Source: Pedobacter sp. (GTDB taxonomy: Bacteria; Desulfobacterota; Desulfuromonadia; Desulfuromonadales; Syntrophotaleaceae). Taken from it: a stretch of DNA of 64,000 bases. Below the pieces are notes generated by a model that worked only from the letters and a program-made list of their open reading frames with translations, was not told the DNA's origin and did no database searches. The stretch covers positions 1,384,679-1,448,678 of the forward strand of contig JBFWJC010000001.1 in assembly GCA_050253415.1 (NCBI GenBank), in the 5' to 3' direction. Positions within the stretch are counted from its first letter, which is position 1. The number at the start of each line of letters is the position of its first letter. The translations under genes were made by a program, and so were the position numbers. Below are positions 9,078 to 18,681 of the stretch, piece by piece.

Positions 9078-10106
9078 TTATGCTGCTTCACTACAAAGGT
9101 CCTCTTCGGGGGACCTTTTTCGGTCGGGATTGAGTCGAACGATCTCAATGGGCTCCCAGTTGCGTGTTTGCCCGGTCCAGCGACCGGGGTTTCTCTGCCG
9201 GGCCTGTTCGTAAACCTCCTTCCGCTTGCTCAACTTGGCGGCTTCTCGCCCATAGTGCCGATCGTCTGGCGTCACGAAGCGGATCTCACTATGCTGATGC
9301 GCGGTGTTGTACCAGTGGACGAATGCATCGACCCACCGTTGAGCTTCAAACTCAGAAGCAAAGGGGCGAGACGGATATTCCGGCCGATACTTCAAAGTAC
9401 GAAACAGTGACTCCGAGAACGGGTTGTCATTGCTGACGCCCGGTCGACTGAAGGAGGGAACGACGCCCAGGCGCTGCAACGTGGCCAGCATGGTCGAGCC
9501 TTTCATCGGGCTACCGTTATCGGAATGCAGCACTAGGCCCTTGGGATCAACCTTGTGGCGGTGAAAGGCTTCCACGCACAGCAACGCACTGTTCTGACCG
9601 CATTCTTTGGAGAAGGCAGTAGCGGCCATAATCTTACGGCTCCAGACATCCAGGATCATGTAGAGATAAAAGAACTGGCCGGTGATCGTGGACCTCAAAT
9701 AGGTGATGTCCCAAGACCACACCTGGCATGGCCCTGTGGCCACTTTCTTCCGAGGGCGGCGATGCGTGGCCGGCCGGCAGCGTTCCCGGTGGGCCAGTTG
9801 GTTCGCCTGCCGCAGAATCCGGTAAAAGGACGATTCCGACGCCACATATCGGCCTTCATCGGCCAGGCGGGGGACGATCTGCTTGGGAGACAGTTCCCGA
9901 TATATTGGTGAATTGGCAACCGACAGGACCTCCTGCCGCTCAACTGGCGTCAGCTTGTTGGCCGGTGCAGTTACTGGGCCATGATGCCGGTCCTCGTCAT
10001 CCTCCTGACGGGCCCAGCGCTGAATGGTGCGGGCAGTCAGTCCCAGCATCTGGGCGGCCGGTTTCAACCGGGCTCCCTGGCACATGGCCTCATCGACCAG
10101 TTCCAA
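9078..10106 (-). CDS. IS3-family transposase OrfB (DDE integrase core)
   Basis: WSWDITY, LHSDNGSPM, SNDNPFSESLFRTLKY. Confidence 0.92.
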   Translation of the reverse strand: MELVDEAMCQGARLKPAAQMLGLTARTIQRWARQEDDEDRHHGPVTAPANKLTPVERQEVLSVANSPIYRELSPKQIVPRLADEGRYVASESSFYRILRQANQLAHRERCRPATHRRPRKKVATGPCQVWSWDITYLRSTITGQFFYLYMILDVWSRKIMAATAFSKECGQNSALLCVEAFHRHKVDPKGLVLHSDNGSPMKGSTMLATLQRLGVVPSFSRPGVSNDNPFSESLFRTLKYRPEYPSRPFASEFEAQRWVDAFVHWYNTAHQHSEIRFVTPDDRHYGREAAKLSKRKEVYEQARQRNPGRWTGQTRNWEPIEIVRLNPDRKRSPEEDLCSEAA

Positions 10107-10120
10107 GGCCTGCTGCCGCT

Positions 10121-10636
10121 CTAACGGTCGGTGTCGTCGCCCTCGTCCCCCCAGATTTCCTGTGCTTTTTTTTTGAGAACCAGCAACGCTGCGGTTTCGG
10201 CCAACGCCTTGTCCTTGCGCCTCAGTTCCTTCTCCAACTCCTGGATACGTTTGCTCTCGGCACGCTTAGCTTGTTTGGGCTCAAGGCCAACGAGCATCTG
10301 ATCACGCCACTGCTGAAGTTGGGCGTCATGCAATCCCCGGCTGCGCAAAAAGGCGCCGAACTCTTCTTCAGAAAGCGATGCCGCTTCCAGAACGGCCGCC
10401 AGCTTCTCTTCGGCACTCCAGTCTTGTGGTCGTTTCATATTGGACAGCCTCTGCATGGATTCGGTAAAGGATGGCGGCTCGGCATTGACAGCAATACCAA
10501 GCGTATCAGCTTCACTCACCCATCGGTAGAGCGAACTGCGGGAGACCCCTATCTCCTCTGCCAATGAGACTGGACTGGGCCCATCAGGGTCGGTCATTTT
10601 CTGAATCATTAGTGCTCTGAACGCTTTGGAATACAT
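10121..10636 (-). CDS. IS3-family transposase OrfA (HTH), with an A9G slippery site near its 3' end
   Basis: HTH (LAEEIGVSRSSLYRW), KDKALAETAALLVLKKKA; T9 run at 10166-10174 on + fits programmed -1 frameshifting. Confidence 0.88.
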   Translation of the reverse strand: MYSKAFRALMIQKMTDPDGPSPVSLAEEIGVSRSSLYRWVSEADTLGIAVNAEPPSFTESMQRLSNMKRPQDWSAEEKLAAVLEAASLSEEEFGAFLRSRGLHDAQLQQWRDQMLVGLEPKQAKRAESKRIQELEKELRRKDKALAETAALLVLKKKAQEIWGDEGDDTDR

Positions 10637-10899
10637 ACGCCTCCTGACTGCCCCTCAATTCTTTTGAGTTCAGTTAGAGGCGACAACTATGCTGACACAG
10701 GGGGGCGCTGACCAGAAAAAAGATTCCAACAAATCCTGCAATCCGGAACACTTAAGCGATCATCCCTACAAGAAAGGAGCGGAACGGCTGGACAGTCTTG
10801 CCTGACAACAGGGGGAGAGGGTTGATTAAGGACTCCTAGTTGGTTTTGGTCCGAATAGACAGCACTAAAAAACCGGGGTCGAATAAGAATAAATCCGTT

Positions 10900-10990
10900 T
10901 TGAATAGATTCTTGAATAGATACTTTTGCTAATTTCACCTGTGTTTCAAGTATGTTGAGTATTTTCTTGAATAGATACTTGAATAGATTC
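10900..10990. repeat. Four 12-bp direct repeats TTGAATAGAT(T/A)C arranged 2 + 2
   Basis: Copies at 10900, 10912, 10967, 10979; inverted partial TTCAAGTAT at 10945. Confidence 0.85.
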
Positions 10991-11730
10991 AACCTTTCAA
11001 TTCTGCGGGAAGACCTCGAGCTCCGAAAAAAACTGCAAAGTGGGAGTCAGCGCTACCACCACGGGATTTGACCGGCCAATGGGTTGGTGGTTTTGACTTC
11101 CACTTTTGTCCGGATCAGACCCCGGGCGCTACAACTTATGCGTAAGCTTCCGGCTAACATTCCGTCACATATGGGCAAGGCCCACATGTTTCCTAGCGGC
11201 TTTGGCGTCTATAAGGCAGTTGCTCTGGGCTCAACGGGGACGGTCGGTAGTTTTAACCCCCTTAAAAATTGCTGAGTTTACACTGGCAAGGCTCAGTAGA
11301 AAAAGTGGCTTTATCGCGGTCCGCTATTTTCTGTTTCCAGGTCGGATACATACAAACGGACCCCATTTACGGCTAGGATTTGTTCACTATATTTGTCCCA
11401 ACTCTCCCTAGCCAAGGTCTGAACTTCCGCATGATCATGAATCAAATAATCAAATTGCAGACAGGCTAGATCTCGATAGTGCCCAAGAGGAATCTCGGGA
11501 TCGTTGGGAGCACTTTGGAAATAAAATATTAGTGTGTAGTATGGGAACCCTTTCCAACTGCACAAAATTGTATTGTTGACTAAACAACAGCAAAATACTC
11601 CTGGAAATCTAAAAAATGTAGTGGTTCTCATAAGACTCTCCATGTATTGCGGATTCATTGTGGGGCGTCCGTAACGTCAGGTTTTAAATGGCCAGTTTAC
11701 CCAGTCTATAATCTCTGGTTGAATTCACGT

Positions 11731-12483
11731 TCAGTTTTGCCAAATTTTTCCAGTATTTACATCGCAGCCTGTGAGTTGGCCCCCGGCGCCTGCCCCGGTA
11801 TCCAATGATATTTCAAGTCCCTCCGTTCTTGGATTAAGAATCAGGGTATGGCCGTGCACGACGCATTGGTTCCAGCCGGTTTTATATCTCCAAAACCCCT
11901 CCCTGCTCCATAGCAGCTCATAGGGGTCCTGGTCGGCCATTCTTTTCCCCGGAACTATCCCCGCATGTACAAACAAATGATTGTCGGACTCATACCAAAG
12001 CTTTGTTGAGGCTAAAAATTTAATGTGCTCCCTAGGGATTGTCTCCAATGCCCTGCGGTAGGCGTTAAAAGTCTGAGGCTGGATCAAACCGTCATATGAG
12101 TCAATGCCATAGCTCTTTAGCGTTAAATCCCCGTGGTTTTGAAGCCACAGCCGGGTGTGCCTGAACTCTAAGGTGTCCATCCAGGCAATTTCGCAAGTCC
12201 ACAATTCTGAAACGGTATAGAGTAGGGGGACGCCCGTTTTGACCCCGGATTCAGTCAGGGCATCGAGAAATAATTGTTCATGATTGCCCCTCAGAAAAAC
12301 TGTTTGAGGGAATTGTTTTTGGAAATCGATCAAAAACTCGAGAACGCCCCGCGAATCGGGACCACGGTCAATGTAATCACCAAGAAAAACGAATTGGTCT
12401 TTTGGGCAGGGATTGATTTTGGCTATGAGGTTCTTGAGTTGATCAATGCAACCATGAATATCGCCCACTGCGATCACTCGCAT
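11731..12483 (-). CDS. PPP-family metallophosphoesterase (lambda-phosphatase/PrpA-like)
   Basis: GDIHG, GDYIDRGPDS, RGNHE, FVHAG, HGHT, LDTGA; GGAG before ATG 12483. Confidence 0.9.
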   Translation of the reverse strand: MRVIAVGDIHGCIDQLKNLIAKINPCPKDQFVFLGDYIDRGPDSRGVLEFLIDFQKQFPQTVFLRGNHEQLFLDALTESGVKTGVPLLYTVSELWTCEIAWMDTLEFRHTRLWLQNHGDLTLKSYGIDSYDGLIQPQTFNAYRRALETIPREHIKFLASTKLWYESDNHLFVHAGIVPGKRMADQDPYELLWSREGFWRYKTGWNQCVVHGHTLILNPRTEGLEISLDTGAGAGGQLTGCDVNTGKIWQN

Positions 12484-12516
12484 ATTGCATCTCCCGATTG
12501 CCAATGGTGTGCGCCG

Positions 12517-12780
12517 CTACTTAAGCAAGCGGACTTTTTCGGAAAGGTCTTCGAGGATAATGGCCGCCAGTTTCTCCATGCCCTCCGCACGGATGTGTAA
12601 TACCTCACCCTCTGTTTCTTTGCCACTTTTAGAATTTTCTGCCTTATAACGGTAAATATGTTTTCCCAACGTATCGTACCAACTACCGCTTTGGGGCCCG
12701 CAATTATGGCCATATACGTTCACAATTTCCTGATTGTTTATCGCAATCTTGATGGAAAAGGGCACTTTGAGGTCCTCCAA
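12517..12780 (-). CDS. Hypothetical protein
   Basis: 87-aa ORF, same strand and 33 nt upstream of the phosphatase; no recognised motif. Confidence 0.45.
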   Translation of the reverse strand: MEDLKVPFSIKIAINNQEIVNVYGHNCGPQSGSWYDTLGKHIYRYKAENSKSGKETEGEVLHIRAEGMEKLAAIILEDLSEKVRLLK

Positions 12781-13509
12781 AAAATAGAATGATCTTTAGA
12801 ATCGGTGAAATCCAAAGTCACTCCAGGGAAGGTAATTTTTGGCGTCTATGGCTTTTTAGTAGGCCGTTCCTGGTCTGTAAAAGGACTCCCAGGTATGTTC
12901 AATCAAGGAGGCCATATCTTCCGCTGCAGGCGGTATGTAATCTGCCTCTGGGGCAGGGAACGGTAGCCAAAATAAGCATGTATCCAGACGAGGTCACATG
13001 CCGATTAGCCGATTTTTGCGCAATGGGCCGGTGAGCTTTTTGGGGCCGGTGTGGGTAAACTTCTGGTAGGTTGCGACCTCCTGTCGCCCCCAGGGGAGAA
13101 TATGCTCCTCGACCAACGGCTTTTCTGGCCTTGTCCTCTTGCCCATAACCCTATCAATAGAGGGTCCTGAAATCAAGGGTTAAAATTTAGGAAAGTATTG
13201 CAAAACCAAATACTTAGACTAACTATTTTGTTAGGCCGATAACCCGCTACTCCCCCTCCAAAAAAAATCGAATATCTCAAACGCCCTTGTGCAGATGTCC
13301 CAATAATGACAGATCCACCATCCAATAAGACTGCTCGCTCTCTTCACGTTGATTTTTCAAACTCGTTCACATTCTGGTTAATCATGCTGATGCCCCAATT
13401 GTTGTTTTTTTCCAGGATTGTCCATGGTGGTCATAATTATCTAATCGTTTCTTGGGGGAGGGTGGGGCGAAGGCTTTACTATCTTCCCTGAAAACTCACC
13501 TTAAAAGTA

Positions 13510-14586
13510 CGGATCTATCCACCAAACAAAGGCTGCGGTATAGCAACACCGCCATAAATGGTTCGCCGAAGTTGGGTACCAACCGCTTGATTGAGAAGTA
13601 TTCCGAGTTGCTCCAACACCGGCTTCGCCTGCATCACGATCGTTGACAATCCGTTTCGCTTTTTTTCCACTGGGTCGGGGTTATTCCAGCGAAACACGAC
13701 CTCGCTGAGATACCGCGGCAAGTGGCGATGGCTGACAAAATGAAAGACGCCCTGCTTGGCCCTTTCGAGAATCGCATTGAAGGATTCGGCCGTGTTGACG
13801 TGAACTTTCCCTCGGGCAAATTCCTTGATGCCGTGGTGGACCCGCTCATGTCCCGCGAACTGTTTGCCGATCGCCACATAAGGTTGCAACTGGTCTGTCA
13901 TTATCCAAGAATCGGGCGCGACCACCTGTTTGACATAGGGTGCCAGGACCGCGTAGCTGTCACCCGGGATCATGCTGGCTTGGGCTGGGCCTTTGCGGCT
14001 AACGGCCACGTGGATACAGGCTTTCTTGGTGGATTTTCCCCGGGCATGTTTCACTCCCTGTTGGAACCTCGGTTTTCCTCCAAGGTATTTTTCGTCGAGT
14101 TCAACGATACCGTCCAGCAGTCCCAGGGAAACCGCATGCCCTGCCATCATGGCCCGAATGCCATGGCCAATTTTCCAGGCGGTCTTCTGAGTGACCCCAA
14201 GCCACTTGGCCAAGAAAACCGAAGAAACGCCTTTGCTGGAGTTGATCAGGAAATACATAGCCAGCAGCCAGGTCCGAAGCGGCAGCTTGGTACTATGCAT
14301 GGGCGTCTTTGTGGTCACTGTAAACTGCCCTTTGCAGCCGCTGCATTCATACAGTCCGGGCCAAGCAGAGGTTCCTGAGAGTGACCAGGACTTCAGGCAC
14401 CCACAGTGAGGACAGACCCGACCATGGGGCCAAACGACTTTCTCGAGATACTTCCGACAGGCCCCCTCGTTTGGAAACTGTTTGCGAAACTGTTTGAGAT
14501 TCATGGAAATCCCCCTTTCTGGAGGATATTCCATCAACACTGTGACGGGTTATGTCACAGCCACCTTCTTTTGGTGGATAGATCCG
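13510..14586 (-). mobile_element. IS1595-family insertion sequence, apparently complete
   Basis: Terminal IRs CGGATCTATCCACCAAA / TTTGGTGGATAGATCCG; exact 8-bp target duplication TAAAAGTA at 13502-13509 and 14587-14594. Confidence 0.93.
13515..14540 (-). CDS. IS1595-family transposase
   Basis: Zn ribbon CPHC..CSGC, VELDEKY, MTD, HVNTAESF, LPRYLSE. Confidence 0.92.
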   Translation of the reverse strand: MLMEYPPERGISMNLKQFRKQFPNEGACRKYLEKVVWPHGRVCPHCGCLKSWSLSGTSAWPGLYECSGCKGQFTVTTKTPMHSTKLPLRTWLLAMYFLINSSKGVSSVFLAKWLGVTQKTAWKIGHGIRAMMAGHAVSLGLLDGIVELDEKYLGGKPRFQQGVKHARGKSTKKACIHVAVSRKGPAQASMIPGDSYAVLAPYVKQVVAPDSWIMTDQLQPYVAIGKQFAGHERVHHGIKEFARGKVHVNTAESFNAILERAKQGVFHFVSHRHLPRYLSEVVFRWNNPDPVEKKRNGLSTIVMQAKPVLEQLGILLNQAVGTQLRRTIYGGVAIPQPLFGG

Positions 14587-14946
14587 TAAAAGTATAAATT
14601 TGAAAAATATAAAAATTTGTATACCACATTTTTGTATAACCCTTTTTCGTGTATTTTCAGTAGCTTGAAAATTGGTAAAAACTTATATGCTTTTAGCATA
14701 ATTCTTTTTGGATAATAGAGCATTCTAATTTTTCGCCATCTGCTCAATTCTTCGAAGGCTTCCTAGGGCAGGGAAGGTGGGTAATCTGTGACTGGATCCC
14801 AGCTTATGCGGAGAAGTTAGGATTCAGATCCGAACTGGCAGTCTTGTAAATCAGGGGTTGTAAGAATGTTTGAAAAATATCCAGGTACCACTGGAGGAAC
14901 AATCTGAGACAAATAATAGGATAGCTCAAGAGTAAGCCGGGCGTAT

Positions 14947-15234
14947 CTACGAAACTAGGGGCGATTCACTTTCATTTTCACACAAAAAAACAACCTCGTT
15001 GGCCCCTTCAGGGTGGGGTTTTACATGAACATGTAGAAACGCTTCATAAGATGGATAGATACCCATCGTGCTGTACGCGTCAATACCCTTGTCCTTCACA
15101 TTCAGGTCCGTGCGCCAGCAAGTAACCACCTGCCCAGTGTGAAAAATAACACCGTCGAGAACCCTTCCAGTCCCACTGATGCCTGATTGGTCGATTTTCC
15201 TGACCAAGGTGAAAAGTTTCGGATTAGTATTCAT
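14947..15234 (-). CDS. Small uncharacterised protein, last gene of the CBASS operon
   Basis: Starts 11 nt after the HNH-SAVED stop with RBS AGGAAGG; motif R-x-x-D-x-S-G-x-S-G-T-G-x-V-x-x-G-V-x-F. Confidence 0.75.
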   Translation of the reverse strand: MNTNPKLFTLVRKIDQSGISGTGRVLDGVIFHTGQVVTCWRTDLNVKDKGIDAYSTMGIYPSYEAFLHVHVKPHPEGANEVVFLCENESESPLVS

Positions 15235-15245
15235 CTGACGCCTTC

Positions 15246-16460
15246 CTATGCATCACGGTTTTTGTTTATTGTAAGTGCGTAAACAAAACCACTTGCCCCT
15301 TTGATTAAATCATAGACCCTGACTGCCGGATCGCATTTTGGCAACAGGGCTCGACCACATTCAATTGCTACTGGCGAAGGTGCGGCAATGAAAAGATTAA
15401 GTTCCTTTGTATGACCGTTTGCTGATCGTATCTTTGTCAATAATTGCCTGTACTCATAACAGAACATCTCCAGTTTCAATCGGCTCGAAAGAAAATCGAG
15501 ACCTGGCTTATCTGCCGTAATCTCATAGACATTGCAACCTTCACCGACAAGGTCGACCACCTTCTTCCGATCAACAACTCCACTGATAGATATTAATATT
15601 GAGGTATCAAAATCATCGTTATGCGTCTCTGGTTCAATTGTTCGATAATACTCCTTGCGAAAGTCATCAGGTTCGTCTTTCCATTTCCAATCCTTCGTGG
15701 TGCGATGTCTTTGGTATAAATCAACTGAATCAATATCGCCGATTAGACTGCCTAAGTAAGTCAACAGCGGAATGGGTCCTAAAGCAAAAACTGATACATG
15801 CATATAATCGCGGCGATTGGTGCCATGCTTGAAAATGTCATTGAATTTGGCCTTTATATTGCGAGATAAAATGCTCCAGTATCCCTCTTCAGTTTCCCTG
15901 TCTGCAAAGTCGGAAAAGTCTATAACGTCAGGGTGCTCTTTGGCCGGATAATTGGGCAACATAGCTTGATAAGCGAGTGTCTTGTCTATATTAAAATTAT
16001 TTCCGTCTATCGGGGCCTGGAATAGCAGCACGAGAGACTTGGCATCGTCCATTATGTCGGTGAGAAGCCTGATTCTATCCTCATGTTCTTTCTTGTATTC
16101 ACGTAAAAGCTCAATTGGATATGCGTGTACGTTCTCCTTGCTATCAATTATCTTGGCATGGTCCCTACATGTCAGCATAAGGTTCGAAATGTCTTTTGCA
16201 AGCCTGGGAGAATCAATTTCGTTTCCTCTCGGACCACCAGGTTCCGCTGCAATGATATGTGAAATTATCGAAAGATTATCTCTGGTCTTTGTCAATTCGT
16301 CCAAATACAAAGGCTTATTGCAGCCTCGGAATTCACATCTGCCTGCGGCTCTTGCCCAAAGTTCCAGCTGGGTCTTTGGAGGTATTGGAACGCGGCTTTT
16401 TTTCTTGCTCTTAGTTTTTGCTTTCGTAGCCTTTTGGCTTTTATCCTTTGGTTCAGACAT
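15246..16460 (-). CDS. cap5: CBASS effector, HNH endonuclease-SAVED (Cap5-like)
   Basis: AAGRCEFRGC..SHIIA..GGPRG..NLMLTCRDH HNH; SAVED motifs HVSVFALGPIPLL..LYQRHR..W.W. Confidence 0.88.
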   Translation of the reverse strand: MSEPKDKSQKATKAKTKSKKKSRVPIPPKTQLELWARAAGRCEFRGCNKPLYLDELTKTRDNLSIISHIIAAEPGGPRGNEIDSPRLAKDISNLMLTCRDHAKIIDSKENVHAYPIELLREYKKEHEDRIRLLTDIMDDAKSLVLLFQAPIDGNNFNIDKTLAYQAMLPNYPAKEHPDVIDFSDFADRETEEGYWSILSRNIKAKFNDIFKHGTNRRDYMHVSVFALGPIPLLTYLGSLIGDIDSVDLYQRHRTTKDWKWKDEPDDFRKEYYRTIEPETHNDDFDTSILISISGVVDRKKVVDLVGEGCNVYEITADKPGLDFLSSRLKLEMFCYEYRQLLTKIRSANGHTKELNLFIAAPSPVAIECGRALLPKCDPAVRVYDLIKGASGFVYALTINKNRDA

Positions 16461-16472
16461 ATCCTCTCCAGC

Positions 16473-17009
16473 TTACAATAATTTCAGCAATGATATCATT
16501 CTCGAACGTCTATGCCCCTCCCACATCCGCATCTCGGATGTGCCCACTATCAGGAAAATGAGACTATCGCTGTCAACAATGTCATCTCTTAGCTTCCGTT
16601 TCCAGTTGGTATCGTCGATGCTTGACGGCGATGGATATGGTTCCGGGTGAGTATGCCACTCGCCCAGATACGTGCAGGTATGACGGCTTATTGCCCACTC
16701 CCTGTCAATTATTTTCTGATGTTCTTTCTTCTTCCTAAAGAAAGTGGTTCTCGTGCCCCTGTCACCCGACATTGGGAAAGAAATCTTGTCAATCACGATA
16801 TCTTGGGAGTCAATAATGTAGCGTCCCAACATGACGCCTCCGCCTTCCGGTTTGTGACGGTCATTTTGGACATAGCTGTGGATGGACGCAATTACCTCGG
16901 CTGGAAGCTTGATTCGGCCGCCGTTTGAACGGGCAAATACCAGGTCATTGCTCAGTTTCAAGGTATTGGCAGACAGGACAGTCTCCTCGTGAATAATCGG
17001 CAATTTCAA
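16473..17009 (-). CDS. cap3: CBASS Cap3, JAB/MPN isopeptidase
   Basis: EGGGVMLG, YLGEWHTHPE..PSSID JAMM motif; true start may be the TTG at 16961 overlapping the cap2 end. Confidence 0.9.
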   Translation of the reverse strand: MKLPIIHEETVLSANTLKLSNDLVFARSNGGRIKLPAEVIASIHSYVQNDRHKPEGGGVMLGRYIIDSQDIVIDKISFPMSGDRGTRTTFFRKKKEHQKIIDREWAISRHTCTYLGEWHTHPEPYPSPSSIDDTNWKRKLRDDIVDSDSLIFLIVGTSEMRMWEGHRRSRMISLLKLL

Positions 17010-18681
17010 TAAAATGGTCGGTTGAAGTAGAATATCTTGCTGACAGTATCTTGCCGCTCTTCAGAAACTCCGTTGCATCTCCACGCCACGAACGAATCAG
17101 GTTCGTTTGAACGTCCCCATTCAAGGTGGCAATTGCCAGTCTTGTTGCGAGTTCGGCCGTCTTCATGGCATCGAGTGACCCGAATGGCGTGAAGGCACCT
17201 CTGCAGCCATCGATGTTTTTGGTAAAAGACTGGCCTTTTTCGGCAAATGAAGCGCGGCACCGTATATCCCCGTCCTCGGGCTCATATAAACAGTTCAGAC
17301 ATTTTTCCCTGGCCCCGTTTAACCTGGTCAGCACAGCATGCCCACCGACACCATATGGCTCAAGCCAGGTGAAGATGACCGGGGGAGAATCGATGCCATG
17401 GACGTACTTGTTGAATGCCAGCTCGACGGTAACATTGCCAAGGGCAGATATTATGAGGTCAAAATCCCCTGCTTTGATTTTTCCTGAATCCAGTGCCTCT
17501 TCAAGTGACAAGGGAATTGGGAACACTTCGACAAATGGCAGCCTTCCTTCAATGTCCGCTTTGATGCCATCGACCTTATACTTCCGAACCTGCTTCTTCC
17601 CGAGAACATGACGAAATAGATTTTCATGGGCCAGAAGTTCTTTATCGAGGACGGTCAACTGCGAGATGCCGGCACGCGTCAGTTCGTTTGCGATGTAGCC
17701 ACCGACCGAACCGCACCCAAGAAGCAGGACCCGTTTTTCTCTCAGAGTCAGATTGCTACCGCCGCGGGGAAGAAGATACTCCTTGTCTCTCCTGATTACA
17801 GTTAAAGGGACTAGTTGGCCTACCCTCCCTCTATCCTTCAAAGGGTGTTCGTGGTTGACACCCTTGAACCTGACCCCAAATAGAGTCTTGCCATCAGCGG
17901 TACTGGGAAGTCCCAGTAGGATTGTTTCTTCGCGGTGTGGCCTTGATATGAGGGGCTGCAGTTGGGATCTCTGTTCGTGGTCAAGGTTGTCGAAAATTAC
18001 TTTGCGGATTTCGGCTAAATCCCAAAATTTTAAAGGGTGTGGAGGGGTGATTATTGTCCCCGGTTTCAAAGGTATGTATATGGCGGGATGGCGAGTCCAT
18101 ATATCATGGTCTGGGAGTCTCAGAAATCTTCTAAAACTCCCATTGTCATCTGCCAGATATCGGGTTCCGTCTTTCGCTTTATAGAGATGGACTTTCTTGA
18201 CTTGGTCGCCAGGCGATACTATGGAGGTAATGTCTTTTACTTTGTAAAGGCGGTCCCAGTAGGCCCCGAACTCGTCAATGAAATCACGATGGTTTTTCCC
18301 GGAAATCCCGTCCATCACGACCTGTACGGACATGGAAATCGATTCGTGAGTTACCCCCTCAATGTCCTCGGAATTGAGAACAGTACCTTCTTCCTCTGCA
18401 TAGCAGACATATCCATCCGTTTCCACATGGGGCAAGATGCCGAAGGCATCCCATGGGACCAGATAGATATAAGGAAGAGAAAGTGGGAACGACTTCTTCA
18501 CGCCAAAATAGAAAGAAGTCGGAGCTCCGTTTATCTCGATTTCCAACTGGTAGCCGCGGCAAACAAGGCGGTCCTTGGCCCATGACTCAGACAGGCGCTT
18601 TGGGTGAATGTCCGCAACGGATCTGACCAGCGGACATTTCCCCAGCGCCTCTTTCAGCAAGGATTCATCGTAATCAAGCAT
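16945..18681 (-). CDS. cap2: CBASS Cap2, E2-E1(ThiF) fusion
   Basis: N-terminal E2-like FPLSLP..PHVE..GYVC; ThiF LLGCGSVGG..ENLFRH..CLNC..GC..CPVC. Confidence 0.92.
   Translation of the reverse strand: MLDYDESLLKEALGKCPLVRSVADIHPKRLSESWAKDRLVCRGYQLEIEINGAPTSFYFGVKKSFPLSLPYIYLVPWDAFGILPHVETDGYVCYAEEEGTVLNSEDIEGVTHESISMSVQVVMDGISGKNHRDFIDEFGAYWDRLYKVKDITSIVSPGDQVKKVHLYKAKDGTRYLADDNGSFRRFLRLPDHDIWTRHPAIYIPLKPGTIITPPHPLKFWDLAEIRKVIFDNLDHEQRSQLQPLISRPHREETILLGLPSTADGKTLFGVRFKGVNHEHPLKDRGRVGQLVPLTVIRRDKEYLLPRGGSNLTLREKRVLLLGCGSVGGYIANELTRAGISQLTVLDKELLAHENLFRHVLGKKQVRKYKVDGIKADIEGRLPFVEVFPIPLSLEEALDSGKIKAGDFDLIISALGNVTVELAFNKYVHGIDSPPVIFTWLEPYGVGGHAVLTRLNGAREKCLNCLYEPEDGDIRCRASFAEKGQSFTKNIDGCRGAFTPFGSLDAMKTAELATRLAIATLNGDVQTNLIRSWRGDATEFLKSGKILSARYSTSTDHFIEIADYSRGDCPVCQYLETEQ

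Larger units (their letters stand above)
9043..10714 (-). mobile_element. IS3-family insertion sequence (orfA + orfB)
   Basis: Inverted repeats TGTCAAGGTAGTTGTCGCCTC (9050-9070) and GAGGCGACAACTATGCTGACA (10677-10697), 18/21 identical; outer limits approximate; no target duplication seen. Confidence 0.85.

Noticed and set aside
10900..10990. Possible CRISPR mini-array, here or near the Tn7 genes (CAST)
   Set aside because: Repeats are only 12 bp and abut each other; no spacers and no cas genes in the window
11084..11658. Short ORFs between the repeat array and the phosphatase
   Set aside because: No recognisable motifs or convincing RBS; may be decayed coding DNA but cannot be assigned
12789..13491. 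Several 60-80 aa ORFs left of IS1595
   Set aside because: No support for any product
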